NCBI GenBank assembly: GCA_021784555.1
Contig: JAJYHY010000002.1
Location: 16,827-80,826, forward strand
Direction of reading: 5' to 3'
DNA: 64,000 bases
From: a bacterium
GTDB lineage: Bacteria > Verrucomicrobiota > Verrucomicrobiia > Limisphaerales > UBA8199
The translations under genes and the position numbers were made by a program. The notes under the pieces were generated by a model. That model did no database searches. It was not told the DNA's origin and worked only from the letters and a program-made list of their open reading frames with translations. How positions within the stretch are numbered: position 1 is the stretch's first letter; every line of letters starts with the position of its first letter. Positions 18,383 through 28,125 of this stretch are shown piece by piece.

Positions 18383-19444
18383 ATGAAAGAGACGCACGCA
18401 CGCAACGGCGAATTTGGCCGCGTGGCTGAAAATCTGTTCCGATATTCTTCAAGCGGGGTTTACTATGCCCGCTTCCAGGCAAATGGCAAGGACATTTGTC
18501 GGAGTTTGCGCACAACAGATCGCGCCTTGGCCAAACGGCGGCTTGCCGATGAGATGGAGAAGGCTTCGAAGGTTGACCCCAACATGGGAAAGCTGTCGCT
18601 CAGCGAGTTGCTTCGGCTTTACGATGAACATCTCGCGCAGTGCGCGCCAAAAACGGTGGCGACGCGGCGCTCGATCGCGAGATGTTTCAAGGAAACCTGG
18701 CGGCATGGACTGGAGCTTGCGGTTCAACAAATCAATGCCGGCCAACTCGAGCTCTGGCTCGCCGGCAAGAAGCGGGAGGTCAAGACCGCGACCTTCAACG
18801 AATACGCGAGGTTCCTTCGCCAGTTGTTCAACCTTGCGCTGAAGCTGCGCGCGATCGCCGCTTCCCCGGCCGCCGACCTCCACGGAATTCGCGTCGAAAG
18901 CCCGATTCGCGCGACCCCCACCTGGGAGCAATTCCATCAGATCGTGAAGGACATCCGGGATCTAAAGCTGAACCGTGATGCCGAGGACACCGCCGACCTC
19001 GTGGAGTTCATGGGGTTAGCAGGCGTCGGAACGGCAGAATGCGCCAACCTCCGAGGAGAGCACATCGATCTGGCGAAGAAGCGAATTAACCTCTACCGCG
19101 CAAAGACCGACACCGGCTACTCAATTCCGATATTTCCGCAGCTCTTGCCCTTCCTGCAGAAACTGGAGGCCAACGGGCGTATCCGCCTGGGGCAGACTGT
19201 CTTTGCGGTGAAGGATCCAAAGAAATCGTTGGCGGCGGCCTGCAAACGGCTGAACATGGCACACTTTTCGCCGCGCTCCCTACGTCGCTGTTTCATCACC
19301 CGCGCCATCGAGATGGGGATCGATTTCAAAACGATCTCGGCGTGGCAGGGACACCGCGACGGTGGAGTTCTTATCGCCAAGACCTACGGCCACTTGCGCA
19401 GCGAGCACAGCGAAGCGATGGCGCAACGGTTGGTCGCCCAGTGA
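18383..19444 (+). CDS. Tyrosine recombinase/integrase
   Basis: N-terminal arm-binding YYARF...RSLRT; box II RSLRRCFIT...WQGHRDGG...TYGHL; box I atypical (AGVGTAE). Confidence 0.85.
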   Translation: MKETHARNGEFGRVAENLFRYSSSGVYYARFQANGKDICRSLRTTDRALAKRRLADEMEKASKVDPNMGKLSLSELLRLYDEHLAQCAPKTVATRRSIARCFKETWRHGLELAVQQINAGQLELWLAGKKREVKTATFNEYARFLRQLFNLALKLRAIAASPAADLHGIRVESPIRATPTWEQFHQIVKDIRDLKLNRDAEDTADLVEFMGLAGVGTAECANLRGEHIDLAKKRINLYRAKTDTGYSIPIFPQLLPFLQKLEANGRIRLGQTVFAVKDPKKSLAAACKRLNMAHFSPRSLRRCFITRAIEMGIDFKTISAWQGHRDGGVLIAKTYGHLRSEHSEAMAQRLVAQ

Positions 19445-19961
19445 CCGCCTCACGCGCCGCCCCGGTGCCCGTTTGCCTCGAGCACCGGCGCTTTGGCGCG
19501 GATCGAGAAAGCGTCGCAGCCGACACCGTTCAGCACGCGGTCGGTACTACGCGTAATGGACCGTTGAGCTTTTGTCTTGTCCCATGCTAAGTGCTGAAAG
19601 GGGGCAGGCTGTCCCAAAGGCTTCATGCCTTCTAAGTCGAAACCGGTTTTTGGCTCCAAATGGTCTCAGCGAGGTATCACCCAGACCCACAATAAGTTAC
19701 GCCGCTTTTTGGGAGGCACTTTTCGGACCCATTTACCCCCCAAAAGGCCCCGAAAATGGGCAAGTAGTGTCAGATCGCAGCATCAGATCTGGCCGTTGTC
19801 GCTTATTCCACAATCCGGCTTTTTGTTGCCATGGCGTCAGGTCGTCAGGTTCCCGCCGTGAGAGACGACCGGTTGGCCTTTTGGAACCAGGATGCTGACC
19901 GCGCAACACTCAAGGTTTAGACTACCGGCAGGGCCGGAACCGCAGGGTCAACGAGGCGCTG

Positions 19962-20204
19962 GTGCAGAATGTGGAGACGGCGCGTGCGGTGCTTACAACC
20001 GCACCGCAGGGCCAGGCAGTCGACGCGCAGTTCCTGAAGTGGCTGATGGGTCACCAGAAGGAGGCCGGCGACTTTACGGCGGTTTCCGGGTTGGTGGATC
20101 AGCTCAACGATAATTCGGCGGGCAGGATGACGACGCGGGAGATTGCGGCGCGGGTGCAGCAGGCGCAGCAGGCCGGGACCGCGAGGGCAACGGCGTCCGG
20201 GTAG
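19962..20204 (+). pseudogene. Probable C-terminal gene fragment, hypothetical
   Basis: Protein-like ORF (DAQFLKWLMGHQKEAG) lacking a good start, inside the island. Confidence 0.35.
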
Positions 20205-20230
20205 CGGGCGAACAGGCAAAAAGCCGCAGC

Positions 20231-20263
20231 AAAAAGCCGCGGCCCAGCAACGGGCCGCGGTTT
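20231..20263 (-). terminator. Rho-independent terminator after the ATP-grasp gene, possibly bidirectional
   Basis: CCGCGGCCC-loop-GGGCCGCGG followed by CTTTTT on the minus strand. Confidence 0.75.
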
Positions 20264-20280
20264 AGTGGTGTTTGGGGGGG

Positions 20281-21369
20281 CTAGTGACGCGCGTGGTTCC
20301 GGTTCCTGCAGAAGCGCCTGAAGTCCTCGTTGCTGAGGGAGGCGCTCAGGAACTCGATGTCTTTTGCGGTCAGCTCTGCCGGTGGATGTGCGGGCGGGTT
20401 AGTGTGTGACATCAGCTCGTCTGCGATGGCCTTGGCGATTGGGAGGCCCGTGAGGTTCTCCACCCAGGCGAATTGGCCGTTTGCGTTAGCCTCAAGGAAG
20501 ACCGGCTCTCCTTTAAGGGGAACGATGAAGTCGAAGCAGGCGAAATTCAGGTTGAACTCGCGCATGTAGTCATGGATGCGGCTGTGAAGATTCGGAGCTT
20601 CCGTGGCCGTGTGAGTGAGATTTTGGGTGTCGAACCTGTAGTCGTCGGCGGTGAGGTCTCCGGGGCGCGCCTGGATGCGGCACGTGAATATTCTGTCGCC
20701 GACGCAGGTCACCCGCAGCTCGCATGCCTTGGGGATGAATGGCTGGAAGGTTGTCGACAGGTTGGCGATCTTGTCTTTCACGGCCAGAAGTTCGGCACGG
20801 GTGACGCGACGTGTAAACAGGCCGTAGCTGGTCTGCGTGCCCGTGCCCTGGGCGGCCGACAAGGCGCCGAGGCTCTTTATGGCGAGGTCGCAATTGCTCT
20901 TTGCGGCGAACCGAAGGGCGGCGTCCGGGCTGTTTGTCACGAGAGTCTCCGGTACGCGGAAGCCAACCTTGGCAGCGACCTTGAGCTGAAGCATCTTGCG
21001 GTGAGCGATTCTGGCGTGGAAGGGGTTGTTGATCCAAGGGACGTGGGGAAGGAGGGCGTATAGGTTATCGAGAATCTCCCGGAACTCGGATTGGACGTAG
21101 TCGAGTGAGCCGGCATCGAGTTGGAAATGGCCGACTTGTGGCGTTTCCGGTTTGCGGTACCAGACCGCCTGCACATCCTGAAGGTTGAACTTCCGTCCGC
21201 TGTCCTTGATGTGCAGGGAGCCTGTGCCGAGAGCCGGCTCAATCGTGAGGTCAAGGTTCTGGGCGATGTCTTCGGTGTTGAGGCGAACCCAGGGCGCTCC
21301 GGCTGCGTCCAAGTGGCGGGTCACGGCCCCGATGTGGCCGTCCGGCTTGCTGGTGATAATGAGAATCAT
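20281..21369 (-). CDS. Graspetide synthetase (MvdC/MvdD-family ATP-grasp RiPP ligase)
   Basis: ILIITSKPDGH, AVWYRKP, WINNP...KMLQLKVA..VGFRVPETLVTN, FQPFIPKACELRVTCVG, DYR, FDFIV...FLEANANGQFAW. Confidence 0.9.
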   Translation of the reverse strand: MILIITSKPDGHIGAVTRHLDAAGAPWVRLNTEDIAQNLDLTIEPALGTGSLHIKDSGRKFNLQDVQAVWYRKPETPQVGHFQLDAGSLDYVQSEFREILDNLYALLPHVPWINNPFHARIAHRKMLQLKVAAKVGFRVPETLVTNSPDAALRFAAKSNCDLAIKSLGALSAAQGTGTQTSYGLFTRRVTRAELLAVKDKIANLSTTFQPFIPKACELRVTCVGDRIFTCRIQARPGDLTADDYRFDTQNLTHTATEAPNLHSRIHDYMREFNLNFACFDFIVPLKGEPVFLEANANGQFAWVENLTGLPIAKAIADELMSHTNPPAHPPAELTAKDIEFLSASLSNEDFRRFCRNRNHARH

Positions 21370-21382
21370 ATGTTGATGTTAC

Positions 21383-21412
21383 GGCCCGCCGCAGGCTGTC
21401 CCACGGCGGGCC
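21383..21412 (-). promoter_or_regulatory. Stem-loop between precursor and ligase genes (stabiliser or attenuator)
   Basis: GGCCCGCCG...CGGCGGGCC inverted repeat. Confidence 0.55.
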
Positions 21413-21439
21413 ACTTGGTTAGCAGTCAGTCCCGGTCAA

Positions 21440-21667
21440 CTAGTCGTCTTTCTTCGTGTCGGTGCGCGATTTGCTGATGATCCCGCCGACGGATTCCTCG
21501 TACTGGCAGGTGCTGTACCCGCGGGAGGACGCGAATCTCGTCAGTTGGGACACCGGATCGTAGGCGAATGCCGCCTCGCGATCGGAGTCTTGGATGGTGA
21601 TGTGATAGGGCAGTGCCGCCATGAGCGGGACCAGCCCTCCGGTTTCCATTTGCTTTGTTACTTGCAT
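21440..21667 (-). CDS. Graspetide precursor peptide (75 aa)
   Basis: Directly upstream of the ATP-grasp gene; YDPVSQ leader motif; Ser/Thr-rich core ending in DTKKDD. Confidence 0.8.
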   Translation of the reverse strand: MQVTKQMETGGLVPLMAALPYHITIQDSDREAAFAYDPVSQLTRFASSRGYSTCQYEESVGGIISKSRTDTKKDD

Positions 21668-21835
21668 TGTTTTTATGTTTCGATTTACTGCTTTGTCCGG
21701 CGGTCGTTGTTCTCACCCCGAGAACCTGATCCGCCGAACTACGTTAAAATTGCGGTGGGCTGATTTGTTGGTCAGGATGGCAACATCCGGCAAGAGACGG
21801 CAGGAAGCGACACGAAACGACAGGAGCGGAAATCG

Positions 21836-23338
21836 ATGGCACGGCGGACGAAGTCTGTGGGGAAGCGGCGGGGCAAGCGGTCTCCGGGTAGAAAGCTTGT
21901 ACCGGAGGAGGTGCTGTGGATTGAGGGCCAAATTGCCAAGAGGGGGTGGAACAAGACCGAGTTTTACGCTGCCTATGAGACTGCTAACAAAGGCAAGCCG
22001 CTGCCGCGTGACCCCAAGCGCCAACTTCAACGGATTTTCCAGGAGAAGGACCCCACGCCCTTGACGCCGCTGGTCCAGGCGAACCTCGCAGCGACGCTGA
22101 GCATGACGTTTGAGGACTTCGATGCGGGACTGAGGGGCTGTTTGGCTGTGCGAGGCGGTCGTCGGAAGGGAGCGGTGCCGGACCAGGGCAGCAGGATAAT
22201 TGGTGCGGAGACAGCCGGAGCAAACGCCAGTGTGATCGAGCGTTTTCAGGAATCCGCGCAGAGATTCGATGAACAACTTCTGGCCGACTATTTGACAGGC
22301 GTGGGGTTTGCGGAGTGGATGGGCAATAGAGACGATTGGGAGAAGACTGTTCGGCAAGGTAGAGAGTGGCTGGAAGCGCATCCTGAGGACCTCTACTGTC
22401 GTGGAATGTTCCTTTGGTCCATTTTGAACAAGGGTAACCCGAGCGAGATGGTTGGTATCCTCAAAGAGACCGGGCGGTGGCTGGCTTCTGCTCTACCGCC
22501 CGCTGCGGGTTCTGCTGGCCATTACGATTCGGGAGATTGGCAGCGGATGCTTGAAGAGAGGATCTCGCAGCTCAGCAGCGGGAGCGTCGAGCACCCTAGC
22601 TTCGTGCGTTGGCATTTGGAGGATACGCTCGCAAGGGCTGCTCTGCTTCGGTGCCTGAGATTCCAGGAAGGGCGTTCACAGCTTCAGAGCGAGTTCACGA
22701 AGCTGGGCGGCGATGTGGAGAAGCAGATGCCGATTAGGGCACTGTTCGGCTCGACCAAACCGGGGGAAGTGGATTCCTGGGTGGCCGCAGCGGTGGCGCA
22801 GGCGGATCGGTGGGCTGGTTTCGAGCAGGAAAGCGGCTTAGCACGGTTGTGCCTGATTTGGTTTACTGGACAACAGGGCCAGGTCGACAGGATGCAGTTT
22901 GTAATCGAGCAGTCGCGCCGGTGGCTTGAGCGGAACCCGAGGCATACCTTTGTGCGATGGGCGACGCTCTGGCTGGCTGGGCTCTGTCCGGAGTGCGAGG
23001 CGACTACGCAGCTCATCGAAGAATCGGCGTTGTGGCTGGCGGGGGATGCGCCCGACGACGAGCGGTTGGCGCGGATGGGATTCTTGTGGCTGGTGGGAGC
23101 GAAAGGAACCGCCGAGCAGGTGCGACAAGGGGCCGCGCAAACTGCGAGGTGGCTAAAAGCGCACCCAGCGGATGATTTCATCCGCGTCGTGTACCTTCTG
23201 TTTCTCATCCGACGGAGGGCGGCGCCTGAAGAGCGAAAGAGGGTGATTGGAGAAACGCGCAGGTGGCTGCGGCAGCACGGTGATGCTTATGGAATCACGG
23301 GGCTGGCCTTGCGCCTCTGTGAATGTGCGCGCAGCTGA
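21836..23338 (+). CDS. Putative XRE/HTH-like N-terminus plus alpha-helical repeat protein
   Basis: Basic, helical N-terminus; ~35-aa repeats WLEAHPEDLYCR, WLERNPRHTFVR, WLKAHPADDFIR, WLRQHGD. Confidence 0.55.
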   Translation: MARRTKSVGKRRGKRSPGRKLVPEEVLWIEGQIAKRGWNKTEFYAAYETANKGKPLPRDPKRQLQRIFQEKDPTPLTPLVQANLAATLSMTFEDFDAGLRGCLAVRGGRRKGAVPDQGSRIIGAETAGANASVIERFQESAQRFDEQLLADYLTGVGFAEWMGNRDDWEKTVRQGREWLEAHPEDLYCRGMFLWSILNKGNPSEMVGILKETGRWLASALPPAAGSAGHYDSGDWQRMLEERISQLSSGSVEHPSFVRWHLEDTLARAALLRCLRFQEGRSQLQSEFTKLGGDVEKQMPIRALFGSTKPGEVDSWVAAAVAQADRWAGFEQESGLARLCLIWFTGQQGQVDRMQFVIEQSRRWLERNPRHTFVRWATLWLAGLCPECEATTQLIEESALWLAGDAPDDERLARMGFLWLVGAKGTAEQVRQGAAQTARWLKAHPADDFIRVVYLLFLIRRRAAPEERKRVIGETRRWLRQHGDAYGITGLALRLCECARS

Positions 23339-23356
23339 TGACGCTCGCGTGGATGC

Positions 23357-23950
23357 ATGAAGTTTAGCTTCGTATCGTTTGCGGTGATAGTCTTGGCGGT
23401 CGTAGTGTCTGGGTTTGCATCTTTCGTGGACGGAACCCTCACCAGCAAGCGGGTGACCATGGGGTTCCTGAACCACGGCGGGATGTGGGGCGATCTTATC
23501 ATCATGTCGACAGTCGCCGGATTCGTGGTCCCTCACCTTGTCAGGAGCCGAGTTGTCGTTCTTTCGGCGTTGTGCATCGCAGTTGCGGTTACTGTGATTG
23601 CCCACCATCAGTGGGGGAGGTGGGACACGACCACTGGGCACATGTTTCCTGCGCACTCGGGGGGTAAATGGTACTTGGACATCAGTGTGGCTGGATGGCT
23701 GCATGTGCTTGTAATGACCGCGTTGCTGACCATCATGCTGGTCTATGCGGCATCCCCCTTGCCGGTCAGGGTCATCGTCGTTGTATCGGTCCTGGTCACG
23801 ATGCATCTTTTCTTGGCCATGGTACAGCCGGGGTGGTTCTGCACAGGGCAACTGTGGACGTGGAGGAATTTCGGCCCGCCGCTGGTGGCATCGGGGATGG
23901 TTTGGGCCGTCGCTGTGTGGAAGATTCGACTGGCTGATGGGGGCTTCTAG
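23357..23950 (+). CDS. Hypothetical integral membrane protein (about 6 TM)
   Basis: Hydrophobic helices; HGGMWGDL and WLHVL motifs. Confidence 0.65.
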   Translation: MKFSFVSFAVIVLAVVVSGFASFVDGTLTSKRVTMGFLNHGGMWGDLIIMSTVAGFVVPHLVRSRVVVLSALCIAVAVTVIAHHQWGRWDTTTGHMFPAHSGGKWYLDISVAGWLHVLVMTALLTIMLVYAASPLPVRVIVVVSVLVTMHLFLAMVQPGWFCTGQLWTWRNFGPPLVASGMVWAVAVWKIRLADGGF

Positions 23951-24034
23951 AAGCGGAGAAGGTGCTGTCTCTGATGAACTTCGGGCTCGCGGAGCTGGCA
24001 CTGGACCCCGGTGTTTTCCAGTTGGGGTGGCGAG

Positions 24035-24343
24035 TCAGCGGCCGGTGAGGTCGTGGCTAGGGCGGGGGCGTGGAGTTCGACTACGGTCCATTGGCGGGGC
24101 CTTTGCGGAGGCGGTTGGGGATGAGGCGGTCGTGGCGTAAGCGGGTGCCAACGTGGAAAGCAGCGCCGTCAACGTAGATGGCGAGGTAGGGGTGGGGGAC
24201 CGCGACGTCGGTGTGGAGAGGGGTGGCGCGCCGTCGCCTGGGGCTACGGCCACTTGGGTTTGGGAGTTGAAGCCGTGTTGCTGGAACAGGCGGAGGAAGC
24301 GCAGTTCCAGGGGAGAGCCAACGCCAGCGGCAAATGCCTCCAC
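24035..24343 (-). pseudogene. Frameshifted remnant of a DUF559/Vsr-like endonuclease domain
   Basis: SPLELRFLRLF...Q in one frame, then LAIYVDGAAFHVG in a shifted frame. Confidence 0.55.
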
Positions 24344-24472
24344 CCAGGGGCGTGGGTTGTGGTGTCGCGCTGTTCGAGCGGAGCGGCGTCCGGTAGGTTT
24401 CGCGGATCGCGGTCTGCCTGCATTCTGCGACGCGAGAGCCCCAACCAGCGGAGTCGGAAAGGGACGAATAGC

Positions 24473-24889
24473 TCAGGCCGTAGTTGTGCGCGGCGAGAGA
24501 TCATCGGTTCCGTCGGAATTGCGAGGAGCGAAACGTGTCTGGAGTTTGGCGAGGAGGTCGTAAAGAGGTCGGTCGCTTTTGGTCGGGCCAGCCCACCAGG
24601 CGAGGACTTCGAGGGCGGCGTTCTTCAAGCAGTGGTCGAATCGGCGGAGTTCCAGGCCGCCATCGCCGACGAAACCGGTGGGATCGGGTTGCCCGGCGAG
24701 CCAGAAGAGGAAATTGCGCGCGGCCTGGCTCCCTCCGGTGTCTTCGCAGGCGGCGCGGTAAAGCAAATCCAACTCCTTTTCCGGCACGGGCGCCGGGGGC
24801 ATCCTCAGCAGGCGCTTAAGCTCGGCAAGAACGGCGTCCCGTTCGGGTTTGGCTTGGCCGGCGGGAATGTCGAGGGAGATTCTGGTCAT
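24473..24889 (-). CDS. Hypothetical mobile-element protein
   Basis: DTGGSQAARNFLFWLAG...ELRRFD resembles small plasmid/ICE proteins. Confidence 0.5.
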   Translation of the reverse strand: MTRISLDIPAGQAKPERDAVLAELKRLLRMPPAPVPEKELDLLYRAACEDTGGSQAARNFLFWLAGQPDPTGFVGDGGLELRRFDHCLKNAALEVLAWWAGPTKSDRPLYDLLAKLQTRFAPRNSDGTDDLSPRTTTA

Positions 24890-25054
24890 GGTAGTTGTCC
24901 TTTGCTCCCGATTTCGGTCCAGCTTTTCGGCTGCGTGCGAGGCTGAATCACATCAGGAGACCGGGAAAGAGATGAGGATTGATTTTGGGGCTCAATTCCT
25001 CGAAAGCCGTGAACGGTAGTAAGAACCGCGAGGGGAACTGGCCGAGGGCATCGG

Positions 25055-25210
25055 TCAGCTCTGCGGGTCATCCTGTTTCTCGTGGGCCTGCTCGAAGATC
25101 CACGTGTGCGCTGTGTCTGCGACCTTGGCGACGAGGAGCAGATCGTCGCGGCCAAAGGAGGAAGTGGAAGCCCACTGGTCCTGCTCTTTGTCCTTGTAGA
25201 GTCGTGGGGC
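25055..25210 (-). pseudogene. C-terminal remnant of a small phage/ICE ssDNA-binding-like protein
   Basis: RLYKD...WASTSSFGRDDLLLVAKVADTAH motif; N-terminus missing. Confidence 0.45.
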
Positions 25211-25406
25211 GCCGAAATAATCACAGTCATTGATGGTAGCCAAATCAAAGCGTACCCGGTTGGGGCTGGCGCCTGGATATGGGAGGGAGCATGATGCCTC
25301 AGAACAGGAGAGTAGAGCTGCGATGGCCGGACCGTGCCGATTGGGGCGTCGAGGCGGGGCCAAGATTGAGAATTGCGGGTTGCCGATCCGGTTGGTTGAA
25401 GCGCGG

Positions 25407-26447
25407 TCAGTTTTTCTTTAGCCAGGCTTCGATTTCGTCCTTGGCGTAACCGGCGGATTTCAACAACTCGGTGGTTGAGGCTTCAACCCTGGACCGGAGT
25501 TTTGTGTCAGTTTCGAGGCGGCTGTCCACATTCTCTATGTTTTGGATCGCTGCGAGGAGGTCGAGTGCAAGTTCTTTCTCTCCCGGCGGCGGCTCGGTTT
25601 GGGTCTTAATTTTAGAGAGGCCTGAGGTGTCGGTGAGAGGGGATGCATATGGGCGGAACAAAAAGCTTAGCGAGACCATGTCGGGCGAACCTGGTTCGAC
25701 GGAGTAGCAGTACCCGCGCTGCATTTGGATGCTCCACGGGTTCAGTTCCCTGATCAGCCGTAGCAGCCATTTCCCGACGCCTAGCCCGAAGAGGGTGAAG
25801 AAGTCCGATTCCGAGAGTGCTCCGAAGAAAGTGCAGTCAGCAATATCCTGTCCAGCCGCTGAGGGAATGATCTCGATCAGGCGGGCTGCAAAGTCGGGAT
25901 GGTCGGTGCTGTTCGCACGAACGCAACCGGATAGTTTCTGCATGTCTTCTTCCTCGACCAAGTCCTTGCTCACTCGTGAGGTGACGAAGAGCAGCCATGG
26001 CTCCGTTCTGGAATTGAGTTGGTACTCCATCAGGACGTTGAGGGCATCGTAGTAGCTCGGTCCGCTCTTGCCTTTGCTGCCGGGGGGCGACACCGACTCA
26101 CATAGGTCTAAATTCACGACGTCGAAGTCGCCGTAATTTTGGAGATGCCGGTAGGCTTGCGATTGCCTGTTCGCGATCTGCTGGAACAGGTCGTGGATGA
26201 CAGTCGAGGCTCGCCAGATGCCCGGCAGGCTGTTCACTTCGTTGGTGGCGACATTCAACCACGTGTTTGGCTGTGAGGCGCCGTAGGACTCGTGAAGCCC
26301 GAGGTACTTTACATGTTTTCCGAAGCGTAAAAGACATTGGTGCAGCATGCGCACATCCAGGAGGTCATCCCCGGGCAGGGATAGGTAGTGGAGGGGCCTG
26401 TCGTCCTTAAATTTCAGGAACTTGGTGCAGAGCTTTCTGATGTCCAC
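25407..26447 (-). CDS. PP_RS20740-like putative methyltransferase-fold protein, probably N-terminally truncated
   Basis: LHYLSLPGDDLLDVR, FDVVNLDLC, PWLLFVT, DMVSL motifs. Confidence 0.55.
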   Translation of the reverse strand: MDIRKLCTKFLKFKDDRPLHYLSLPGDDLLDVRMLHQCLLRFGKHVKYLGLHESYGASQPNTWLNVATNEVNSLPGIWRASTVIHDLFQQIANRQSQAYRHLQNYGDFDVVNLDLCESVSPPGSKGKSGPSYYDALNVLMEYQLNSRTEPWLLFVTSRVSKDLVEEEDMQKLSGCVRANSTDHPDFAARLIEIIPSAAGQDIADCTFFGALSESDFFTLFGLGVGKWLLRLIRELNPWSIQMQRGYCYSVEPGSPDMVSLSFLFRPYASPLTDTSGLSKIKTQTEPPPGEKELALDLLAAIQNIENVDSRLETDTKLRSRVEASTTELLKSAGYAKDEIEAWLKKN

Positions 26448-26641
26448 GTTCCATCTTCCAGCAAACGTGCCTGCCGGAGGATTGGCGCGACTTAACGCTC
26501 AGTACACTACGCTACCGCCTTTTCTGGCTGCCGGGGGAACTTACCCGGCCGCAGAATCGGCCGACGCTCCGGTTAGCCAACTCGCCGATAATCCAGTGCT
26601 GGACTGATCGGATTCTGGCTCTCATCCGCAAGCGGAAGCCG

Positions 26642-27835
26642 CTAGAGGACTGATGCCAGGCTACTGAAAAAACATCGACTGCTGCAGAAACATCGGTGCC
26701 CATCCTCAATTTTAGGCCGGTTTTCGCAAAAACTCCGAAAACTCACGCCGGATCCAAGATCCAGCGCCGGCAGCTCGATTGCCTTATTGGCGTGTTCGCG
26801 GCTTTCAACGTGCGAGCGGAGCAGGCTGTGCCGGATGTTGACCATGTCCCTATGCGATTTGGCCGTCAGCAAGCACAGCTCGAGGGCGTACGTCCGCGAG
26901 TAATCGTACCGGTTAAGGTAGGGCGGTGAGGTAATGATGGCGGCCACCCGGCCCTCGTACCGCACCGGGAGACACATCTCCCGCGCATCGCCCTGCCTAA
27001 CGACAGCCTTTGTCTTTGGCTCCTGTCCGAACGTCCGCAGCTCTGAGAGGTCGGCCGCCATCCTGCCCAGTATCGAGCGCAAGGCCTCCCGCACTGGCGG
27101 AATTTTCTTGTCCACCAGGCGAAGGAACTGTCCGTCCTTCGAAGTGCGGCTGACACTCTCCAGGATACTGAGCAATCCCAGCAGGAGAAAATGCCGGAAC
27201 GGGGGCTGAAACTTCTCAGTTTCTTCCTTGAAAAACAGCAACTCGGCCTGGGTTTCCTTCGTAAAGGCCAAATTGATGATGCGCACGTCGCGCGGGAAGG
27301 TGGACTTTGGCTCTCGAAATGGCGCCTCCAGTAGTTTCTGGCTCGCGCTGAGTATTTCATCCAGGTCCGGCCATTTGGTCAATTTGGCCCTGGCGACAAA
27401 GACGGAGGTGGGCAGGATATCAACCCCGATGCCGTGCAGGCCCAATTCCTGAGCGGCCAGAAGCGTTGTGCCACAGCCGACGAACGGGTCAAAGACAATG
27501 TCTCCCTTTTGCAGACCGAATTGGCGAACCAGGCGTACAACCAACTCGCGGGAAAAACCCTCCTTGTATTTGAACCAGTTATAGACCGGCAGGCCTTTGT
27601 TAGGGACATAAGTCACCAGCCGCCGCCAATCCAGGCGATGTTCGAATGCGTCGCGGTACTTTTGCTCAAGGCGGACTCGCTCCCGCTGCGAAGGGCTGCC
27701 TGTTGCTATCGGAAGCGGACTGAGGTTTCGTTTGGTCCCCGCGGCCGGAACCTCCAGGAACGTCAGTTGTTCCGCATCCTTGAGCACGAGCGCCCGGTCA
27801 GGTTCCGGCAGATTAGAGTTTGAGGCTAATTTCAT
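26642..27835 (-). pseudogene. N4/N6 DNA methyltransferase, C-terminally truncated near 26758
   Basis: NWFKYKEGFS, DPFVGCGTT, TSPPYLN; after LPALD the frame reads into unrelated sequence. Confidence 0.7.
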
Positions 27836-28125
27836 CTGGCAGATGCAATTCGGAACCGGTGTGGATTGCGGGATCGTAGTTCATCCAGAGGGATTCGGTG
27901 CGCTCGCCTTTGGAGGAGTTGCAAAGGCGCGCACCGGCATCGACACGGCGCCAATCCCCGTAAAGGCGATCCATCAGGGGGCAGGAGTAGCCGGAAAGAG
28001 CCACGGCGCCGCGAACCGAATGGAGAAGACCGGCGAGTTGTTCGTGTTCGGCGTCTGTCATTTCATAGCCATAGGCCTTTGAATCGCCGCGCGATTCATG
28101 CGGATAGGGCGGGTCGCAATATAGA
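27813..28125 (-). pseudogene. C-terminal remnant of a Dam-like (D12 class) adenine methyltransferase
   Basis: YCDPPYPHESRGDSKAYGYEMTDAEH...ALSGY...ESLWMNY; upstream part absent. Confidence 0.7.

Noticed and set aside
19560-19900. Second att site or ncRNA downstream of the integrase
   Set aside because: Some palindromic, att-like character, but no match to the tRNA or the arm repeats could be established by eye.
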